64,000 nucleotides of DNA. Origin: Vicinamibacteraceae bacterium (GTDB lineage Bacteria > Acidobacteriota > Thermoanaerobaculia > Multivoradales > Multivoraceae). Shown here piece by piece: positions 57,905 to 64,000 of this stretch (the stretch's first letter is position 1; every line of letters begins with the position of its first letter). Made by a program: the position numbers and the translations under genes. The notes under the pieces are model-generated. The model was not told the origin of the DNA. It saw nothing but the letters and a program-made list of their open reading frames with translations, and ran no database searches. The stretch lies in assembly GCA_012270995.1 (NCBI GenBank), contig JAAXHG010000151.1, forward strand, positions 279 to 64,278, given 5' to 3'.

Positions 57905-59665
57905 ATGGCGGAGCCCGTTCACGCTTCACCCGCACACGAAGAGCATCACCACGAGCAGAGCTTCTGGCGGAAGTACATCTTCTCGACCGATCACAAGGTG
58001 ATCGGCGTCCAGTACGCCGTCACCGGACTGGCGTTTCTCCTCTTCGGGTTCGGCCTGATGATGGTGATGCGGTGGCAGCTCGCTTATCCGGACACACCCA
58101 TTCCCTGGTTGGGCTCGCTGCTCGGCGAGAACCGGGTGGGTGCGAACGGCAGCATGCTGCCGGACTTCTACAACGAGCTCGGCGCCATGCACGGCACGAT
58201 CATGGTGTTCCTGGGCGTCGTGCCGCTGGCTGTCGGCGGCTTCGGCAACTTCGTGATGCCGCTGCAGCTCGGGGCGCCGGACATGGCGTTCCCGCGCATC
58301 AACATGATCAGCTACTGGTGCCTGTTCATGGGCGGCGTGACGATGTTCGGCAGCTTCTTCCTGCCGAACGGGGCCGCGGGCAACGGCTGGACCTCCTACT
58401 CGCCGCTCGCAGACACCGCGCTCAACGGCCAGACGGCGTGGCTGATCGGGATGATCTTCCTGATCACGTCGTCGCTGCTCGGTGCGATCAACTTCATCAC
58501 CACGGCGATCCAGTTGCGTGCCCCCGGCATGACCTGGATGCGCCTGCCGTTCTTCTGCTGGGCCCAGATCGTCACCGCGTTCCTGCTGCTGCTCGCCTTC
58601 CCGCCGCTCGAGGCCGCGGGCGTGCTGCAGTTGATGGACCGGGTCGCGAGCACGAGCTTCTTCATCCCCGAGGGCCTGGTGATCGGCGGCGAGGTGGCGG
58701 AGTTCAGCGGCGGCGGCAGCCCGTTGCTCTGGCAGCACCTGTTCTGGTTCCTCGCCCATCCCGAGGTCTACGTCCTGATCCTGCCGGCGATGGGCATCGT
58801 CGCCGAGGTCATCGCGAACAACTCGCGCAAGCCGCTCTGGGGCTACCGCTCGATGGTGTACTCGCTGATCTTCCTCGGCTTCATGAGCTTCATCGTCTGG
58901 GCGCACCACATGTTCATCACCGGCATGGGCTCGGTGATGTCCACGTTCTTCCAGACGACGACGATGATCATCTCGATCCCATCGGTGATCATCCTGAGCG
59001 CGCTGTTCATCTCGCTGTGGGGCGGCTCCATCCGCTTCAACACGGCGATGCTGTTCGCGCTCGGCTTCCTGCCGATGTTCGGCATCGGAGGACTGACGGG
59101 CCTGCCGCTCGGGCTGTCGGCGGCGGATATCCCGCTGCACGACACCTACTACGTGATTGGGCACTTCCATTACGTGGTCGCGCCGGGAACCCTGTTCGCG
59201 CTGTTCGCCGGCGTCTACTACTGGTTCCCGAAGGTCACCGGGCGCAAGATGAACGAGTTCCTGGGCAAGCTCCACTTCTGGCCCTCTCTCGTCTTCATGA
59301 ACGGGGTTTTCTTCCCGATGATGATCCAGGGCCTGAACGGCGTCTCCCGGCGCCTGGCCGACGGCGGCATCACCTACGACTTCGCCGGCGAGGTCGCCGG
59401 GCTGAACCGGATGATGTCGGTTTCGGCCTGGTGCCTGGCGGTGGCCCAGATTCCGTTCATCATCAACTTCTTCATGAGCATCCGGAACGGCAAGAAGGCC
59501 GGCCGCAACCCCTGGAACTCGACCACCGTCGAGTGGTTGGCGCCGTCGCCGGCTCCGCACGGCAACTTCGATCAGCCGATCGAGGTTGTGCGCGGGCCGT
59601 ACGAGTACAGCGTCCCGGGTAGCGACAAGGACTACGTCCCACAGGCCGAACCGGCCTCCACCTGA
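57905..59665 (+). CDS. ctaD: Heme-copper oxidase subunit I (A1-type)
   Basis: HGTIM, HPEVY, WAHH, HDT..HFH. Confidence 0.95.
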   Translation: MAEPVHASPAHEEHHHEQSFWRKYIFSTDHKVIGVQYAVTGLAFLLFGFGLMMVMRWQLAYPDTPIPWLGSLLGENRVGANGSMLPDFYNELGAMHGTIMVFLGVVPLAVGGFGNFVMPLQLGAPDMAFPRINMISYWCLFMGGVTMFGSFFLPNGAAGNGWTSYSPLADTALNGQTAWLIGMIFLITSSLLGAINFITTAIQLRAPGMTWMRLPFFCWAQIVTAFLLLLAFPPLEAAGVLQLMDRVASTSFFIPEGLVIGGEVAEFSGGGSPLLWQHLFWFLAHPEVYVLILPAMGIVAEVIANNSRKPLWGYRSMVYSLIFLGFMSFIVWAHHMFITGMGSVMSTFFQTTTMIISIPSVIILSALFISLWGGSIRFNTAMLFALGFLPMFGIGGLTGLPLGLSAADIPLHDTYYVIGHFHYVVAPGTLFALFAGVYYWFPKVTGRKMNEFLGKLHFWPSLVFMNGVFFPMMIQGLNGVSRRLADGGITYDFAGEVAGLNRMMSVSAWCLAVAQIPFIINFFMSIRNGKKAGRNPWNSTTVEWLAPSPAPHGNFDQPIEVVRGPYEYSVPGSDKDYVPQAEPAST

Positions 59666-59686
59666 CCGTTCGAGGGCGCACAAGAG

Positions 59687-60286
59687 ATGGAAATTCCGTA
59701 CACGGTAGAAGCCCACCCCGAAACGGGCCTCAACAACGGCAAGATCGGGATCTGGCTGTTCCTGACCTCGGAGGTCATGCTGTTCGGCGCGCTGTTCGCC
59801 ACCTTCATCATGCTTCGCCTCGGGTCGGACGGGCAGTGGGCTCACATGCAGGAAGAGGCGGAGCTGAACATCCCGCTCGCGACGATCAACACGATCGTGC
59901 TGATCGCCTCCAGTCTGACGATGGTAATGGCCTGGGCTTCCCTGATGCGCGGGCAGTTGGGCCGGTTCAAGCTGTTCGGGTGGGCCACCGTCGGCTGTGG
60001 CGGCATCTTCCTCGTCATCAAGTACTTCGAGTACACGGCGAAGTTCGCGCACGACCACTTTCCGTCGTCGAACACCTACCTCGCGATCTACTTCACGATG
60101 ACGGGGCTGCACGCCCTGCACGTGATCGGCGGCATGGCCTGGAACGCCTACTTCACCGGGCCGGGGTCGAAGCTGTTCCACACGAACCGGCAGTGGTTGA
60201 CCGACCGAGTCGAGCACTCGGGGCTGTTCTGGCACTTCGTCGACCTCGTCTGGATCTTCCTCTTCCCCGTCTTCTACCTCCTGTAG
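59687..60286 (+). CDS. ctaE: Cytochrome c oxidase subunit III
   Basis: WLFLTSE, TGLHALH, WHFVD. Confidence 0.92.
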   Translation: MEIPYTVEAHPETGLNNGKIGIWLFLTSEVMLFGALFATFIMLRLGSDGQWAHMQEEAELNIPLATINTIVLIASSLTMVMAWASLMRGQLGRFKLFGWATVGCGGIFLVIKYFEYTAKFAHDHFPSSNTYLAIYFTMTGLHALHVIGGMAWNAYFTGPGSKLFHTNRQWLTDRVEHSGLFWHFVDLVWIFLFPVFYLL

Positions 60287-60338
60287 GTGACGGCCTGATT
60301 GCCTCATCCGATAGCTACCCTGGAGCAAGTTGCAGCCC

Positions 60339-60668
60339 ATGAGTGACCACGCCGATCTCGACAAGACCGTCCGCACGTACATCCTGGTGTTCGTCGCCCT
60401 GATGGTGGGCACCCTCGTTACCGTTCTGGCGGCGGAACTCGATGTCTCCGTGCCGTTGGCGATCACCATCGGCCTGTTCATCGCCACCGTGAAGGCGTCT
60501 CTGGTCGCCTGCTTCTTCATGCACCTGATCGACGAGAAGAGGGTCATCTACTGGGCTCTGGCGCTGACGGGAGCGTTCCTCGTTGCCTTGGTGGCCCTGC
60601 CACTGCTGACCTCTGTGATCGACCAGCTCGGACACTTCACCTCCGGCGGAGGCGCCGAGCCGCACTGA
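60339..60668 (+). CDS. Cytochrome c oxidase subunit IV
   Basis: KASLVACFFMHL. Confidence 0.88.
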   Translation: MSDHADLDKTVRTYILVFVALMVGTLVTVLAAELDVSVPLAITIGLFIATVKASLVACFFMHLIDEKRVIYWALALTGAFLVALVALPLLTSVIDQLGHFTSGGGAEPH

Positions 60669-60675
60669 TCGAACC

Positions 60676-61191
60676 ATGAACCTGAAGGTCATTCACATCG
60701 TCTTCGTGGGCAGCGCCGTCCTGCTGGCGCTGTTCTTCGGCGGTTGGTGCCTCGCCCAGGGCGGCGGCTACGCGGTGGGCGCCTTCCTGTCCTTCGCGGT
60801 CGCGGCCGCTCTGGTCTGGTACGGCGTCTGGTTCTGGCGCAAGATCACGACGCCCGAAGAGGAGTGGGCGCGGCGCCGCAAGCTGTTCCGCACGATCCCG
60901 GTCGTCGCCGCGGCCTGGCTGTTCGCTTCCGAACCCGCGGCCTGGGCCTGCAGGGCCTGCTACGGCGGCCTGGGCGACGAGGGCGTCGGCGGGGGCATCT
61001 TCGGCGGCGGCGGGGGCGGCGGAATGCTGGACGCCGCGCGTGCCGGGGCCTGGTTCCTGCTCGGCTCGGTGTTCGCGATGCAGATCGCCTTCGTTCTCTT
61101 CTTTCTCTATCTCCGGCGCCGCGCGCGCCGGTTCCGCGAAGACCCCGTGCCGCCCTGGTGGAGCACAGTTGAGGAGCCTCTCAAGTCATGA
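60676..61191 (+). CDS. Membrane protein with CxxC (oxidase-associated)
   Basis: TM helices; AWACRACYG; Gly-rich linker. Confidence 0.7.
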   Translation: MNLKVIHIVFVGSAVLLALFFGGWCLAQGGGYAVGAFLSFAVAAALVWYGVWFWRKITTPEEEWARRRKLFRTIPVVAAAWLFASEPAAWACRACYGGLGDEGVGGGIFGGGGGGGMLDAARAGAWFLLGSVFAMQIAFVLFFLYLRRRARRFREDPVPPWWSTVEEPLKS

Positions 61192-61991
61192 TGGATGCCA
61201 TGTTCCCGGTGGCTGCTTCGGAGCACGCCGGCGAGATCGACAACATGATCGACGCGGTGCATTACCTGATGCTCGCGCTCTTCATCGTCTGGGGCGTGTT
61301 CTTCGTCTACACGCTGATGCGCTTCCGGGCCGGCCGGAATCCGAAGGCGGACTACGTCGGCGTCAAGAGCAAGGCGAGCACGGTTGGCGAGGTGCTGGTC
61401 GCGATCGCCGAGGGCATTCTCCTGCTCGGCTTCTCGATCCCGATGTGGGCGGAGCGGGTCGACGAAGTGCCTGACGAGTCCGAAGCAACCGTAGTGCGCG
61501 TCGTGGCGCAGCAGTTCGCGTGGAACGTCTGGTACCCGGGCGCCGACGGCGAGTTCGGCGCGGCGGACGTGAACCTGGTCGACGAGGCGACGAACCCGAT
61601 CGGCCTCGACCGCGATGATCCGGCTGGCGCCGACGACATCTGGACGGTCAACCAGTTGCACCTGCCGGTCCGCAAGGCGGCGATCATCCACCTGTCTTCG
61701 AAGGACGTGATCCACAGCTTCAACCTGCCGAACATGCGGATCAAGCAGGACGCCATCCCCGGGCTGTCGATCCCGGTCTGGTTCGTCCCCACGATGACGA
61801 CCGCCCAGATCCGGGAAGAGACGGGCAATCCCGACTACGTCTACGAGATCGCCTGCGCCCAGCTCTGCGGCAACAGCCACTACTCGATGCGGGGCTTCCT
61901 GACCGTCCACACCGAGGAGGAGTTCCAGGCCTGGCTCGACGAAGAGGCGTCCTACCTCGGCGACAGCGACGACGACTTCTTCGACTTCTGA
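61188..61991 (+). CDS. ctaC: Cytochrome c oxidase subunit II (no fused heme c)
   Basis: QFAW, DVIHSF, CAQLCGNSHYSM CuA site. Confidence 0.93.
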   Translation: MMDAMFPVAASEHAGEIDNMIDAVHYLMLALFIVWGVFFVYTLMRFRAGRNPKADYVGVKSKASTVGEVLVAIAEGILLLGFSIPMWAERVDEVPDESEATVVRVVAQQFAWNVWYPGADGEFGAADVNLVDEATNPIGLDRDDPAGADDIWTVNQLHLPVRKAAIIHLSSKDVIHSFNLPNMRIKQDAIPGLSIPVWFVPTMTTAQIREETGNPDYVYEIACAQLCGNSHYSMRGFLTVHTEEEFQAWLDEEASYLGDSDDDFFDF

Positions 61992-62005
61992 GGCCCGGAG
62001 AAATC

Positions 62006-62575
62006 GTGGCGGTTCGGCTTGCGGCCTTGGTACTGGGTGTTGCGTTCACCTCGCCAGGTTGGTCGCAGACACCCATCGGGGGAGATAGCGTTGGGGCTGC
62101 AGGGCGCGAGCAGGCAACCGAATTGGAGAGGTTCGAGAGCCGCACCGGCCGAGCTACGGTGCTTGGCTACACCGTGCTTGGAGTGGCTGGTAGCGTTGAG
62201 GTGTCGGCTCGAGAGTACCGTGATGCCGGTCACCCTGCCGACGTTACTGCGGGACTGCTGCTGGAAGTCACGCAATGGTACCCCTCGGAAAGATCCCGGG
62301 CGTCCTTCGTTGATGAAGACGAAATAGACGGTCTTCTTCGCGGCATCGACTACATTCTCCAGAACGCAACTAGCGAAGTCACGCGCTTCTCGAACTTTGA
62401 AGTCCGTTACAGAACCAAGGGCGGTTTCGGTGTAGCTGCCTTCAGCAGTGGCGAGACCATCGGAGTGGTCTTCCAGAGCGGAGACGTTCAGTACTCGTTT
62501 GGTCGCCTTGTGCACTTGTGGCAGCTTCGAGAGTTGATCGTCCGGGCACAGGCGCTCTTGAGAAAGGATGCCTGA
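62006..62575 (+). CDS. Exported hypothetical protein (lower GC)
   Basis: Signal peptide; atypical codon usage. Confidence 0.65.
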   Translation: MAVRLAALVLGVAFTSPGWSQTPIGGDSVGAAGREQATELERFESRTGRATVLGYTVLGVAGSVEVSAREYRDAGHPADVTAGLLLEVTQWYPSERSRASFVDEDEIDGLLRGIDYILQNATSEVTRFSNFEVRYRTKGGFGVAAFSSGETIGVVFQSGDVQYSFGRLVHLWQLRELIVRAQALLRKDA

Positions 62576-62673
62576 ACCGCGACTTCCCGGCGAGCCTGCG
62601 GGGGCAGAAGCTGGGTGCGACGGCGTCTCGCCGGCATCCGGCGCAAAGCGCGGGTTCTGGACTTTCTGCCGCG

Positions 62674-63276
62674 TTAGCGGCTTCCCGGACCGAACTCCCG
62701 TTTCACGGCTGCCCACAGGGCGTCGGCGTCCAGTTCGAGTTCGGGCCGGTTGGGTGACCGCCACTTGCCGTTTTCCGGCGCGTGGACGGCGTAGAAACCG
62801 TCCTGAAGCACCAGGAACGTGATGAGACGGCGCCGAGGATCGACGATCCAGTACTCTTGGATCCCGGACTGAGCGTAGAGGCTGAGCTTGTGGATCTGAT
62901 CGCGGCTCGCGGTTGACGCTGAAAGGACCTCGACCACGAGATCGGGCGGTCCCTCGATCCAGTTCTGGATGATGCTCCGGTTTCGCCGGGAGATGTAGAG
63001 GATGTCGGGCTGTACGACCGAGTGGTCGGCCAAGTGGACGTCCATCGGCGCTACGAGCGCCATTCCGCCGGTCCCTTCCGCCGCGGCGGCGAGGAGGCGC
63101 CAGAGCTCGGTCACGAGATACTGGTGGAGGGGGATGGGACTGGGACTCAAGTACAACCTGCCGAAGATCAGTTCGCAGCGGGGTTCGTCGGGCAGGACCG
63201 CGTAGTCGGCCCGGCGGTACGGCCCGAGCTTCCCGTGCAGCGTGGGCGGCGGCTGATCGAGCAGCGTCACGGACAT
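62674..63276 (-). CDS. Uma2/DUF820 family endonuclease
   Basis: VQPDI, PDLVVEVLS.ST, K...Y...GI.EYWIVDP. Confidence 0.92.
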   Translation of the reverse strand: MSVTLLDQPPPTLHGKLGPYRRADYAVLPDEPRCELIFGRLYLSPSPIPLHQYLVTELWRLLAAAAEGTGGMALVAPMDVHLADHSVVQPDILYISRRNRSIIQNWIEGPPDLVVEVLSASTASRDQIHKLSLYAQSGIQEYWIVDPRRRLITFLVLQDGFYAVHAPENGKWRSPNRPELELDADALWAAVKREFGPGSR

Positions 63277-63475
63277 GCAAGGAGTATACGGTTTGCGGCC
63301 CGGTCGGCGTCCAAGGCTGCGCCGACTTCCTCGAGTCGAGCCGCCAACCGAGGGCCGCGCCTGACAGTATCCATGTTGTCAAGAGGCGTTGCGAGGCGTG
63401 AGCGAGGCGTGTGAGATCGGCGTTCGGGGTTGGTTGTTGCTTGCGGCGATTCTCGGGTCCACGATGGGGGTTCTG

Positions 63476-64000
63476 TCACGCAGCGCCGTGGCTGTTTCGG
63501 GGTTCCCAGAGACGGTCCTGCCGGAGCAGGGCGTTAGCGAGGACGATGAGCTTGCGCATGACGGCCGTGATGGCGACCTTGGGAGGTTTGCCGGCGTCTT
63601 TCAGGTTTCGGTAGGTCTTTCCATGTCGGGATGGATCGGATCGCGGCGAGTGCGGGCATGTAGAGCATGCGGCGGACCTGGCTTCGGCCTCCGGAGATGA
63701 AGCCGTGTCCCTTCCAGAGGCCGGATTCCCTGGTCATCGGGGCGAGGCCGGCGAGGCTGGCGGCGGTGGATCGGTTCAGTTGGCCGAGTTCGGGGCATAC
63801 GGGCGATCAGGCCAGCGGCGGTGATTTCGGAGACGCCGGGTATCGAGATGAGGATGTCGGTCTTGCGGGTGGAGCAGCTTTCTGATTTCCGCGTCGATCC
63901 GCTCGATCTGCCGCTCGATCTGTTGGAGACGGTTTCGGTTCTGGCGTTTGAGAACCGCAAGGCGGAGGTGCTTGCCGCGGTTCAGGATGGCGGTTCGGTC
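63476..64000 (-). mobile_element. IS110-family transposase pseudogene (multiple frameshifts; continues past window edge)
   Basis: SIPGV, AGLAP..RESG.WKG..ISGGR..VR..LYM, KVAITAVMRKL spread over several frames. Confidence 0.85.

Overview
High-GC bacterial chromosomal window. The gene content looks like Acidobacteriota or a similar lineage, but that is inference only. From left to right: an aldo/keto reductase and a DUF1800-DUF1501 pair. A ~14 kb defence island (4.07-18.4 kb) at the 3' end of the DUF1501 gene, containing an NYN RNase, an EcoAI/EcoEI-like type I RM system, HTH-ImmA/IrrE plus a frameshifted DUF4411 PIN gene, an ABC-ATPase/TOPRIM nuclease, an MNT-HEPN TA pair and an AAA_14-DUF4143 ATPase. 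A PQQ quinohaemoprotein dehydrogenase/DUF6644/cytochrome c cluster and assorted metabolic genes. A type II RM + Vsr locus, an RND pump, smc and pyrRBC. A partial alternative complex III (actC/D/F) with heme-copper oxidase genes, a Uma2 nuclease and a decayed IS110. Two observations stand out. (1) The NYN RNase is preceded by a promoter-like element, a structured ~100-nt RNA-like region and an intrinsic terminator, an architecture like a type III RNA-antitoxin TA system, and the unit is bracketed by 150-bp direct repeats. (2) The island's intergenic spacers are mosaics of short, mostly in-frame-collapsed fragments of the island's own genes, largely in the same order. All calls are from reading motifs by eye; no searches were run.
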